Assembly: GCA_963749415.1 (NCBI GenBank)
Contig: CAVVMG010000001.1
Coordinates: 1,575,581-1,639,580 of the forward strand
Length of the DNA stretch: 64,000 nucleotides
Direction of reading: 5' to 3'
Origin: an uncultured Acidobacteriota bacterium
Lineage (GTDB): Bacteria > Actinomycetota > Acidimicrobiia > Spongiisociales > ZC4RG35
Both the position numbers and the translations under genes were made by a program. Below, piece by piece: positions 17,846 through 27,249 of the stretch (positions are counted from its first letter, which is position 1; every line of letters begins with the position of its first letter). The notes below the pieces were generated by a model, which saw only the letters and a list, made by a program, of their open reading frames with translations, was not told where the DNA came from and ran no database searches.

Positions 17846-19342
17846 ATGGTGGCGATCAATGCACCCGCTGACCTGAGCACCGACCTGGAGCGGCTGGCTC
17901 GTTCGTTGGAGAAACTGTCCTTTCCCGAAATCCCGGGTGAAGTCGGTGTAGGTGCCACCAGAGACCGCCTGGTGAGGGCGATCCGCTCCTACCTCCTGCC
18001 CCGAATCGAGGGCCCGCCCGGGCCGCTGCTGGTCGTCTTCGCAGGCCCGACCGGAGCCGGCAAGTCGACCCTGCTCAACTCACTCTCGGGGATCGAGGTC
18101 AGCGAGACCGGGCCCCTGCGGCCAACCACCCGTGAGCCCGTCGTCCTCGCCGCCGACCCGATTCGATACGCAACCGTTGGTGGCGTCGACTGTGTGGCTG
18201 TCGGCGGAGCGGCCCCGATCCTGAACTCGATGACTTTCGTCGACACCCCAGACATCGACTCCACGTCGTCTCGACACCGCGCGGTTTCGGAGATCATGAT
18301 CGACCACGCCGACATCGTGGTATTCGTCAGCTCTGCCATGCGATACGGCGACCTGGTGCCCTGGGAGGTCTTGAGGCGGGCGAGATCACGGGGCGCCCCC
18401 TTGCTCGTGGTTCTGAATCGGGTGAGCACCGGGTCCGGTGCAGCCGTCGCCGACTTCCGAAAGCTGCTGGAACAGGAGAGCGTCGACGGAGAGGTGCTCG
18501 TGGTCCATGAGCATCATCTGGGCGCGGGCGCCGCAATCGTCCCGTCGGTCGCGGTGCGATCCCTCCGGCGCAGGTTGATGGCCGAGGTGGCGAAGCACAG
18601 AGAGCATCACGACGAGATCATGAAGTCGGTGCTCTGGTCGACCCTCGGCGAAGCCGGGGATCTGATCACCCAGGCCGATCTGGCGGTGGCGGACCGCGAG
18701 CTCATGTCCGGGATCATCGATGACCGGTTCACGCCGGACCTCGAACGCCTGATCTTCGAATTGCCCGACCTCGGCGATCACCGTATTGACCTCCATGCGA
18801 TCACCGCTCTGCGCCGGTTCTCCACCCGTCGGGTTCGGCGGAGATTGCGGCGTCTCGCGCCATCACAACAAAAGGTTGCGGCAACGAGGCGATGGCTCGA
18901 CGCCGCCCTGACCGCCGCCCTCGAGGTCGATCTCCGGGCAGCGGTCGAAGAAAGCCTGCGCGCAATGGGTGAACCCGATGATCGACGGGCGGGCCCCGCG
19001 GCCCGAGAATCGACCGACTTCGCGATCACCTCCTGGTCGGGCGGCTTGGATGCTCTGGCTGGCGGCGAAAACCCGGGTTTCACGGCGCTGCTGATCGAGA
19101 TGACGGTCCTCGGGGTCGGCGGCGCTCGGGAGGCACTCCAGGCTGTGGTGGGCGACGACTGCGAACGGTTGTTGGACAGCGCAAAGACGGCGCTGACCGA
19201 TGCGCTGCAGCCGGCGTATGGGGCGATACATGATTGGCTGACCTCCGAAGTGGCTGTCGAAGTCACGGCGCGGTCGGTCGTGGACGAGGCGCGTGCCACG
19301 CTCTCCGAGGCGGTTGCCCTCTCGGCATTCGCCAATGCATGA
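17846..19342 (+). CDS. Dynamin-like/TRAFAC GTPase with helical C-terminus
   Basis: GPTGAGKST, RPTT, FVDTPD, VLNR. Confidence 0.75.
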   Translation: MVAINAPADLSTDLERLARSLEKLSFPEIPGEVGVGATRDRLVRAIRSYLLPRIEGPPGPLLVVFAGPTGAGKSTLLNSLSGIEVSETGPLRPTTREPVVLAADPIRYATVGGVDCVAVGGAAPILNSMTFVDTPDIDSTSSRHRAVSEIMIDHADIVVFVSSAMRYGDLVPWEVLRRARSRGAPLLVVLNRVSTGSGAAVADFRKLLEQESVDGEVLVVHEHHLGAGAAIVPSVAVRSLRRRLMAEVAKHREHHDEIMKSVLWSTLGEAGDLITQADLAVADRELMSGIIDDRFTPDLERLIFELPDLGDHRIDLHAITALRRFSTRRVRRRLRRLAPSQQKVAATRRWLDAALTAALEVDLRAAVEESLRAMGEPDDRRAGPAARESTDFAITSWSGGLDALAGGENPGFTALLIEMTVLGVGGAREALQAVVGDDCERLLDSAKTALTDALQPAYGAIHDWLTSEVAVEVTARSVVDEARATLSEAVALSAFANA

Positions 19343-20537
19343 CTCGATCGCGGACCTCCTCCCCATCCTCGACCAAGCTCTGGCCGACTGCGTCGGCGTC
19401 GTCGATGAGCCGGATCTCGAGCCGATAGCCCAGGCGCGGAACCGGATCGAAGCCCGCCTTCGGCGCCCCGACGACGTCCTCCTGGTGGCTTTGGCCGGGG
19501 GCACCGGCTCCGGGAAGTCCAGCCTCTTCAACGCAATCGCCGGGGACGAGCTCGCGGTGACGGGCGGCACCCGCCCCACCACCTCCCAGCCCCTGGCGCT
19601 GGTGCCCGAGGCCCGCGCCCGGGAGATGGCCGGCTATCTGGCGGATGCGGGTGTCGACAACCGGGTTGTGGTCCCCGGCCCGCCCTGGCTGTGCCTGATC
19701 GACCTGCCGGACACCGACAGCGTCGTGGTCGACCACAGGCTGCGGGTCGAAGCCCTCCTCCCCAAAGTCGACGTTGTCGTGTGGGTGGTCGATCCCGAGA
19801 AATACCGGGACGCCGCCTTGCACCACGGTCTGATCACCCCACTCGCCGCATACGGGCGCCAGTTCGTGTTCGCCCTCAATCAGGTCGATCGGCTCTCTTC
19901 GGGAGATGCGGGCCGCGTCATCGACGATCTGGGCATCGCTCTTGCCGCCGACGGGGTCGCCGATCCCTCGATGTTCCCGACCGCGGCGCAGCCTCCGGCA
20001 GGCCCTGCGCTCGGTGTGGATTCACTGCTTTCACATCTCAGAGCCATGCTGGACTCGGGCTCGGTCGACGCCAAGATGCTCATCGATCTCGAGACCGCGG
20101 TGACGCAACTGGCCGAAGTGGCGGGGCCTGCCGGCGGAGTCGACTTCGAGGCGAGATGGGCAGATATGCAGTCCGGACTGGGCTCCGGCGATCCAGCAGA
20201 GCGGGGGATGGCGGTGGCTCGCTTTCTCGACGAGCTGGCCGACGAGGTCGGCGGCCCGTCTGCGCAGGGTCTGCGTGACATCGCCCGCAAGGCGCCCGCA
20301 GCACTCATCGACGGGCCTCCCGCGGAGCAACCAGACGCCAAACGCAACCGCAGGTTCGGCTTCGGCCGACGTCCGACCCCGGAGGATGCGGCCGATGCGG
20401 GCTCATTGGTGGAGAACTCGACGGAGACCGAGATCCTGGCCTCGGTTCGCGAAATCCTGACGAGGCGGGCCCGGGCCCAGGCCACGATCAGCCTCCTCGC
20501 CCTGAAGGTGCACTCCTTGGCCGACCGGGGCGGCTAA
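19335..20537 (+). CDS. Second dynamin-like/YfjP-like GTPase
   Basis: GGTGSGKSS, RPTT, LIDLPD, DPEKY, LNQVD; 8-nt overlap with the previous gene. Confidence 0.75.
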   Translation: MHDSIADLLPILDQALADCVGVVDEPDLEPIAQARNRIEARLRRPDDVLLVALAGGTGSGKSSLFNAIAGDELAVTGGTRPTTSQPLALVPEARAREMAGYLADAGVDNRVVVPGPPWLCLIDLPDTDSVVVDHRLRVEALLPKVDVVVWVVDPEKYRDAALHHGLITPLAAYGRQFVFALNQVDRLSSGDAGRVIDDLGIALAADGVADPSMFPTAAQPPAGPALGVDSLLSHLRAMLDSGSVDAKMLIDLETAVTQLAEVAGPAGGVDFEARWADMQSGLGSGDPAERGMAVARFLDELADEVGGPSAQGLRDIARKAPAALIDGPPAEQPDAKRNRRFGFGRRPTPEDAADAGSLVENSTETEILASVREILTRRARAQATISLLALKVHSLADRGG

Positions 20538-20551
20538 CTACTCTCGCCGGG

Positions 20552-21331
20552 ATGGACTCCACTTGGGGGCCCTGGATCGCCACTGCGGTCGTGGTGGTCG
20601 CCAGCCTCATCGCCTACTTCATCGTGCGACAGGTCGGCGAGCGTTTCGTCGCGAGGGTGAGCACCAAGGGGCCGGAATCGGCCAGCCGCGCCTCGACACT
20701 TTGGCTGATGGTGCGTCGGGTGGCCCTGGCGATCCTGATCGTGTTCGCCGTCCTCATGGTGTTCACGATCTGGGGATGGAGCGTCGCCCCCTTCATCGCG
20801 ATCGGCACCGTCATCGCCGCCGCAGTCGGGTTCGGAGCACAACACATCGTTCGCGACGTCCTATCCGGCTTCTTCATCCTCGCCGAAGACCAGTACCAGA
20901 TCGGTGATTCGGTCAGCCTCGCCGGCGCCTTGGGGACGGTCGAAGACATCCAATTCCGGGTGACGGTGTTGCGTGACGACGAGGGAAACGTCCACTACGT
21001 GCCCAACGGCCAGATCGCCGTGGCGTCCAACTTCACCAGGCTCTATGCGCGTCCGGTGATCGATATCCGGATCCCGTACGGCCAGGACGTCGACCGCGCC
21101 ATCGAGGTGATGACCGACGAATTGGGGCGCCTCGAGTCGGACCCGGCGATCGGGTCCATGGTGAGAGGGCCGGCGGAGATCCTCGGGGTCGAGGAATTGA
21201 GCGATGCCGGGGTGGTGATCAGGGGCCGGATCATGACCGATCCCGATCAGCGCTGGGTCGTGAAGCGTGAGGCCCTGCGTCGGCTGAAGAACCGCTTCGA
21301 CGCCGAGGGGATCGCTCTGCACAACCCCTAA
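20552..21331 (+). CDS. Small-conductance mechanosensitive channel (MscS family)
   Basis: AVGFGAQ..VRDVLSGFFIL.EDQYQIGD, VPNGQI. Confidence 0.9.
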   Translation: MDSTWGPWIATAVVVVASLIAYFIVRQVGERFVARVSTKGPESASRASTLWLMVRRVALAILIVFAVLMVFTIWGWSVAPFIAIGTVIAAAVGFGAQHIVRDVLSGFFILAEDQYQIGDSVSLAGALGTVEDIQFRVTVLRDDEGNVHYVPNGQIAVASNFTRLYARPVIDIRIPYGQDVDRAIEVMTDELGRLESDPAIGSMVRGPAEILGVEELSDAGVVIRGRIMTDPDQRWVVKREALRRLKNRFDAEGIALHNP

Positions 21332-22261
21332 GCAGGGCCAGGCTGGGGAACGACCACTGTGAGGCTCGCCGGCGACCACTCGATGCTTCCCCCATCGACC
21401 ATGCCCAGAGCCTCGCCGTCTGCCTGAGCCTCGACCGGGGGGTTCGCCTCCAGCTCCAGCATTTCCACCTTCCTCCACACGTCGATCTCGGGATTCGTCC
21501 CGAGGTCCCTTCCGGTGAGCACCATGGTGACGATGCGGGGGATTGCCCTCCGCTTGAGCCGTCCCATGACGAAGGCCGACATCGGTTCGGGTACGCCGGG
21601 GGCGAAACGCAGAGGGATCCTCCCGAAGTAGGTGTAGATGTCCCGGAACTGGACCAAGGCCGCGGTCGCCACAGCCTCGGAATCTCCAGCGCGGACCCTC
21701 ACGTGTGGCTTGCGCCGGGGAAAGTCCTGGAAGGCGATCCCCAGAGCGGATCGGGCGTAGTGGATCGACCCGAAGCGGTATTTACGGTACGGCTCCTTCT
21801 CGGCCCGCTGCACCACCGCAGCATCGAGGCCGACCCCGCAGGCAAACACCGCGTGGTGCGTGGTCTCGGTCGAGCCCCGACGCAGGCTCATCGTGGCGAC
21901 GCCGACGCTCCTCGTCGATGGGGGTTCCCAGGAACAGGCGCGCCGCCTTATTCGGCTTGGACGGGATCTCGAGGAGCCGGGCGAAGACATTGGTCGTACC
22001 CACCGGGATCACCCCGAGGGCGGACTCGGTCCCCACCAGGCCCTGGGCGACATGGTGGACCATGCCGTCACCTCCCATGGCCACCACGATGTCGACACCG
22101 TCCTCTGCCGAGGCTCGTGATCTCTCCTGGGCTTCGGCAGGGGAGCCGGGCCAGATCGAGGCCACGTCGGCGCCACGACTCAGCATCGCCATGACGTCGC
22201 GGTGCGAGCCACCGGTGAACTGGGAGGCTGCCGGGTTGGCAATGACCACTATCCGGTGCAT
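21328..22261 (-). CDS. Diacylglycerol/lipid kinase family protein, frameshifted near 21915
   Basis: IANPAAS, GGDGM, IPVGTTNVFA in one frame; GVGLDA and QADGE in the next. Confidence 0.8.
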
Positions 22262-22298
22262 CGGAGGCCGAGGGTACCCCGGTTAGCCTCACCTACCC

Positions 22299-23261
22299 GT
22301 GAGCGATACCGAGTCTCGTTTCTCCCTGATCTCCGGGGAAGGTGATGGCGCCATGCTCGGCCTGGCCGCCGGCGACACCGCCGGGGGCGCCTGGGAGCTC
22401 GGCTACTCGGCGGTGACCGAGCAGGCCACGGTCATCGCGTATCAACTCATCGATCCGGTCGACTTCGACATCGCGCAAATCGAGCACGCCATCAGAGAGC
22501 TCGACGGTTCCGACGTCGAGGAGCCGGTCTATCGGGCGGAGACGCCGCATTTCCGGGCGTGGCTGAGCCGGGGGGCAGGCGGGTCGCCCGCCCCGGAGTC
22601 AGACCAATCTCTGGATGGGGGAGCGCGGGCGGTGCCGGTCGGTGTGGCTCTCCGGAAGGAGCCTGAGGAGCTGGCCCGCGCCGTCCTCGAACTCGGATTG
22701 CTGTTCCATTCCGATCCGGCATCGGTTGCCACCGGTGTGGTGACCGCCAGCGCCGTGGCGGCATCATGTTTCGGCCAGGCCGGGAAGGATCTGGTGGCCG
22801 GCGTCGTCGAGTCGATGCAGGTGGCAAGCCGCTCGACGGCGATGCCGCCCAACGGATGGGGAGAGAGATGGGGCCAGCTCTCCGATGAGCTCAATGGCCT
22901 GGTGGATGTCGTGCGCACGATCGATGCCGACGGCGCACTCGCCGCGGTGGGATCGGGACCGGCGCCGGGTCCCTGGGAGTTGTTGAAGGCAGGGCTCTTG
23001 CTGGCCGCGCCACAAGTGGATCGCCCGCACGTCCCTGTCGAGCACGCGGCGCGGATCGGCGGCAGCCCGTTGGCAGCGATCGTCGGTGGGATCATCGGCG
23101 CTCGAGTCGGGATCAGGGCGTGGCCTTGGGCGTTTGCCAACGACACATGGTTCGCCGAGATCGGGAGGCGGCTGGTCCGTGGACCGCGTGAGGTACGTGA
23201 CCTCCCCATCCCCTATGCGGTGGAGCAGCACCTCATATCTGGGGAGCGGGACTTTCACTGA
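22299..23261 (+). CDS. ADP-ribosylglycohydrolase-fold protein with degenerate active site
   Basis: GAMLGLAAGDTAG, DGGARAVPVG, AAIVGGIIGA. The TDDT and DxDT motifs are absent. Confidence 0.6.
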   Translation: MSDTESRFSLISGEGDGAMLGLAAGDTAGGAWELGYSAVTEQATVIAYQLIDPVDFDIAQIEHAIRELDGSDVEEPVYRAETPHFRAWLSRGAGGSPAPESDQSLDGGARAVPVGVALRKEPEELARAVLELGLLFHSDPASVATGVVTASAVAASCFGQAGKDLVAGVVESMQVASRSTAMPPNGWGERWGQLSDELNGLVDVVRTIDADGALAAVGSGPAPGPWELLKAGLLLAAPQVDRPHVPVEHAARIGGSPLAAIVGGIIGARVGIRAWPWAFANDTWFAEIGRRLVRGPREVRDLPIPYAVEQHLISGERDFH

Positions 23262-24510
23262 CCACGGGAAGATCTTCCGGGGGCCAATGCCGCTCGGAGT
23301 CGTTCACCGACCTCAGCACCCACCAGCCGGCTCCGATGAAGAGGATGAGAGCGGTCATCGCCACCCGGCGACCGAGCCCAAGGACGTCGACGATCAAAGC
23401 CCAGGTGAGAGGCCCGAGGATCGTGGCGAACCGCCCCACCGTGGCATAGAGGCCATAGAACTGGCCCAGGTGGCGCGGGGGCGAGATCCTGGTCATGACC
23501 ACCCGGTCGGCGGTCCAGGTCGCTCCGAGCGCCAGCCCACCGAGGGCACCGATTGCCCAGGCGAGGACGACATTGCCCGTGATTGCCGAGATCACCCCCG
23601 AGGCGATGGCGATCATCCACAGGACCAGGACACCGCGTAACACCCGGAGTGGCCCCAAAGGTCGGAGCAGCCTGCCCGCGATGAACGCACCGGCGCTGGC
23701 GGCGATGATGGCCAGGACCAGCAGCCCGGTCACCAGGTTCTGCTCGAACCCGAGCTCCTCGATCACGAACAAGGTGAGGAACCCGCCGATCAGGGTGTTG
23801 ATGGCGTCGGTGTAGAGAAACCTCCCTACCAGGAACCGAACCACGCCCGGATAGCCGGCGGCGAACCGCCAGGAGGCGGCCATCTTCGACACCACATCCC
23901 GGAAGCGGGGCATCGGGGCGCCGTCGACGCCTCCACGCTCTCGTATGAAAAAGAATGCCGGCAGCGCGAAGACAAGGAACCCGAGTGCGAGGGCACGGAA
24001 AGTGGCGGCGTAGGACCACCCGAGGACCTCCAGGGTGACCAGGCCGATACCAAGACCGACAAAGGAGCCGATATAGCCGACACCCACGCCGAGACCGGAG
24101 ATCCGTCCCCGGTTTTCCGGTGTGCTGACATCGACGAGCAAAGCGTCGTAGGCCACGGCTCCGATGTTGAAAGCCACCAGTGCTACTCCGAGCAGGACCA
24201 GAGTCCAGCTCAGCGAGAAAACCGCCAGGAACGCCGTCGCTGCCACCGCGATCACGGTCGTCACCCTCAGGGTGGGCACTCGCGCCCCGCGAGCGTCACC
24301 GCGGGCCCCGGCCCATGGAGCGAGAAAGATGACGATCACCCCGGCCACCGACTCGACGACGGCCAGGGAGCTGTCGGGCTGCCCCACAGACAACAGCCAA
24401 CCCGGGAAGTAACGGCCGATCACTCCGAGGGCGAAGATAGTGTTGGCCAGGTCGTAGACGACCCAGGACCACATCGAGACCCGATCGGCTCCTTCGCGGG
24501 CCGGGGTCAT
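23233..24510 (-). CDS. MFS transporter (UMF1/Atg22-like)
   Basis: WVVYDLANT, YDALL..VS, GRISGLG..VGYIG, GQFYGLY; about 12 TM segments. Confidence 0.85.
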   Translation of the reverse strand: MTPAREGADRVSMWSWVVYDLANTIFALGVIGRYFPGWLLSVGQPDSSLAVVESVAGVIVIFLAPWAGARGDARGARVPTLRVTTVIAVAATAFLAVFSLSWTLVLLGVALVAFNIGAVAYDALLVDVSTPENRGRISGLGVGVGYIGSFVGLGIGLVTLEVLGWSYAATFRALALGFLVFALPAFFFIRERGGVDGAPMPRFRDVVSKMAASWRFAAGYPGVVRFLVGRFLYTDAINTLIGGFLTLFVIEELGFEQNLVTGLLVLAIIAASAGAFIAGRLLRPLGPLRVLRGVLVLWMIAIASGVISAITGNVVLAWAIGALGGLALGATWTADRVVMTRISPPRHLGQFYGLYATVGRFATILGPLTWALIVDVLGLGRRVAMTALILFIGAGWWVLRSVNDSERHWPPEDLPVVSESPAPQI

Positions 24511-24511
24511 C

Positions 24512-25588
24512 TCAGAAGGTGACGGCGACCGAGATCAGCTCCTCCCTCCCGAGGAGCCCGGCGGCGGCCTGCAATGCCCGCGAGGCCTCGGAGAGGGGGA
24601 ATTGGTGGGAGACGAGGTCGTCGATCCTGGGATCGATCTCGATCTGGCGGGTCGCCCACTGGTAGCCGACGCTGCTGGCGCCCATCGCCCCCTTGATCGT
24701 CAACTGCTTGGCGACCAGCACATCGCTGAGGAAATGAAACGCCCTGTTGCCCTTGGTCGAAGCCAGGATCACCCGCCCTCCGCTCCGCACCAGGTCGAGG
24801 GCGGTGAACACCGCTTCTGGGTCGTCCGAGGTGACGTCGACGACGATGTCAGGCCTCCTCCCCGCGCCCTCGGCTATAGCGCCGCCAACATCGTCCTGCT
24901 CGCTGTCTATGACCATGTCTGCGCCAAGTCGCTTCGCGAGCTCGAGCCGGTCCCGGTCGTGGCTGAGGCCGGTCACGCCCACCCATCCTGCTCCGGCGGC
25001 CTTGGCGGCGATGAGGCAGGCCAGCCCTCGAGGCCCGGGCCCGAGGATGAGCACGCTCTCTCCTGCCTGGAGAGCGGGCAACTCCACTGCCCAGGTGTGC
25101 CCCGCCGCCAGCGGGTGGACGAAAGTCGACACCTCAGCGGGCACATCGTCGGTCAGGGGGTGGAGGCGGGCATCGGGGTCGATGAAGAGGAACTCGGCGA
25201 GCCCTCCCCAGAGGCCCGGGGGCTCGATCGAGGGGATGAAGCCGTAGGAGTTCGAGGGTCTCCTCCGCACACACGTGGCCAGGCCATGCTTGCAGCGATG
25301 GCATTCTCCGCACCGGATGCGGGGCTCGAGGGCGACCCGCGTCCCGATCGGGAAGGGGATCGTCGGCCCCTCGGTTGCGATCCTTCCGACGACTTCGTGA
25401 CCGGGGACCAGCGGATAGACCACGTCTCGGGCGTCACCCTTCCAGACCTGGACGTCAGTCCCCGAGATCCCGGTGGCTTCGACTGCCAGCCAGCCGCCGC
25501 GATCCACAGGCTGGGTGGGCAGCTCCGTCATCGAGAAGTGACGGGGCTCCACGAGCATCATGGCCCGAGCTTTCGTCCCTGCCTCCAT
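24512..25588 (-). CDS. MDR/zinc-binding alcohol dehydrogenase family protein
   Basis: PGHEVVG, CGECHRC...C, ILGPGPRG. Confidence 0.85.
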   Translation of the reverse strand: MEAGTKARAMMLVEPRHFSMTELPTQPVDRGGWLAVEATGISGTDVQVWKGDARDVVYPLVPGHEVVGRIATEGPTIPFPIGTRVALEPRIRCGECHRCKHGLATCVRRRPSNSYGFIPSIEPPGLWGGLAEFLFIDPDARLHPLTDDVPAEVSTFVHPLAAGHTWAVELPALQAGESVLILGPGPRGLACLIAAKAAGAGWVGVTGLSHDRDRLELAKRLGADMVIDSEQDDVGGAIAEGAGRRPDIVVDVTSDDPEAVFTALDLVRSGGRVILASTKGNRAFHFLSDVLVAKQLTIKGAMGASSVGYQWATRQIEIDPRIDDLVSHQFPLSEASRALQAAAGLLGREELISVAVTF

Positions 25589-25626
25589 TCAGCGAGCGAG
25601 TGTAAACCCGGTGCAGAGAGGGTCTG

Positions 25627-26802
25627 TCAGCCGCCGAGAAACGCGGTGATTCGCTCCAAGCCCCGTTCGATCTCCTCTTCGCCCGTGGCATAGGACAAAC
25701 GGAGGAATCCGGGGGCGCCGAAAGACTCACCCGGGACGAGAGCCACCGCGGCCTCCTCGAGGATCGCCTCGGCGAGTTGGTCGGTGGTCTCCCAACGCTC
25801 CCCGAGATGGTCGGAGAAGTCTGGGAACACGTAGAAGGCGCCCTCGGGCTCCACGCACGCCACCCCCGGGATCGAGCTCACCATCGAGTACATGAGCTTG
25901 CGGCGGGCGTCGAAGGCACGACGCATCTCCTCGACCGTCTCCTGGGGGCCGGTGAGGGCGGCAATGGCTGCCTGCTGTGCCACGTTGGCGACATTCCCCG
26001 TGGCGTGGGATTGGTGGGCGTTCGCGGCGTCGATCACATCATGCGGCCCCACCATCCACCCAACCCGCCAACCGGTCATGGAATAGGACTTGGCGACGCC
26101 GTTGATCAGGAGCCAATTCTCGAAGCGAGGCGTTACGGCAGCGATCGAGGGAGCGACATCGGTGAAATAGGTGAGCCGCTGGTAGATCTCGTCGGCCATG
26201 ACCCACACGTCGTGAGCCGCAGCCCATTCACCGATCTGCTTCGCCTCCTCGACGGTGTACACCGCGCCGGTGGGGTTGGAAGGGGAGACAAACACCAGGA
26301 GCTTGGTGCGATCGGTACGGGCTTCCTCGAGGGCGTCGGCGGTGACCTTGAACCCGTCTTCGAGACGGGTCGGCACCGACACCGTCACCCCGCCCGCAAG
26401 GTCGATGCCGGCGGGATAGGTGACCCAGTGAGGTGATGGGAGGAGGACTTCGTCGCCCGGGTCGAGCAGGGCGGCAAATCCCTGGAAGACGGCTTGCTTT
26501 GCCCCGTTGGTAATCATCACCTCCGACCAATCGACTTCGACACCCGAGAAACGGGCAGTGTCTTCGGCGACGGCGCGGCGGAGCTCGGGCAACCCCGCGG
26601 CAGCCGTGTATTTGTGGTTGACCGGGTCGTGACACGCCCGTGCCGCGGCGGCAACGACGTGCTCAGGGGTCGGGAAATCAGGCTCTCCCGCGCCAAAGGA
26701 GACCACGTCGACCCCCGCCGACCGCATCTCCCTGGCGCGCGCCGCGATGCCGAGGGTGGCCGACGGCGGAAGCTGGCTCAGGCGATCGGAGACTCTCGTC
26801 AT
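25627..26802 (-). CDS. aspC: Class I PLP-dependent (aspartate) aminotransferase
   Basis: GEPDFPTP, GAKQA, PSNPTG, DEIY, KSYSMTGWRVG. Confidence 0.85.
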   Translation of the reverse strand: MTRVSDRLSQLPPSATLGIAARAREMRSAGVDVVSFGAGEPDFPTPEHVVAAAARACHDPVNHKYTAAAGLPELRRAVAEDTARFSGVEVDWSEVMITNGAKQAVFQGFAALLDPGDEVLLPSPHWVTYPAGIDLAGGVTVSVPTRLEDGFKVTADALEEARTDRTKLLVFVSPSNPTGAVYTVEEAKQIGEWAAAHDVWVMADEIYQRLTYFTDVAPSIAAVTPRFENWLLINGVAKSYSMTGWRVGWMVGPHDVIDAANAHQSHATGNVANVAQQAAIAALTGPQETVEEMRRAFDARRKLMYSMVSSIPGVACVEPEGAFYVFPDFSDHLGERWETTDQLAEAILEEAAVALVPGESFGAPGFLRLSYATGEEEIERGLERITAFLGG

Positions 26803-26865
26803 GTCCGGGTCAGACTATGCACCCCGGATCGCCTTCACGGAACCGCTCGGATGCGCGTCGAGCGC

Positions 26866-27171
26866 CTACTGACCGGTCAGGTCGTCCTTGGCCTCTTCGA
26901 CGGCATCCGACGCCCGATCTGCCGCTTGGTCGGCGGCATCGCCGGCATTGCTCGTCCAATCGGAGACTTTGTCCTCTGCGGCTTCCGTTGCATCCTCGGC
27001 CGCGTCCTTCGCCTCCCCGCCCATGTCAGAAGTCTTGTCGGCAACATCGGAAACCGTTTCCGAGACCTCCTGGCCGGCATCACTTGCGAAGTCTTTTACG
27101 TTGTCGGCCGCGTCGGAAGCAGAATCCCCAGCGGAACTGAACCATCCCTTGATGGTGTCCATCAACCCCAT
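26866..27171 (-). CDS. Small acidic Ala/Asp-rich LEA/hydrophilin-like protein
   Basis: MGLMDTIKGWF followed by A/D/E/K/S-rich pseudo-repeats; AAGGA SD upstream. Confidence 0.65.
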   Translation of the reverse strand: MGLMDTIKGWFSSAGDSASDAADNVKDFASDAGQEVSETVSDVADKTSDMGGEAKDAAEDATEAAEDKVSDWTSNAGDAADQAADRASDAVEEAKDDLTGQ

Positions 27172-27249
27172 ACGACATTCCTTCTCTCGGGGGGTGCAGC
27201 GTACGCCGGGCAATTCACCTTGTATGGCGCAATCTGTATTTTGAGCGGC

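Noticed and set aside
26494-27249. N-terminal extension making a 1073-aa ORF
   Set aside because: It overlaps aspC and the LEA-like gene on the opposite strand. Protein-like sequence starts at about GTG 27250.
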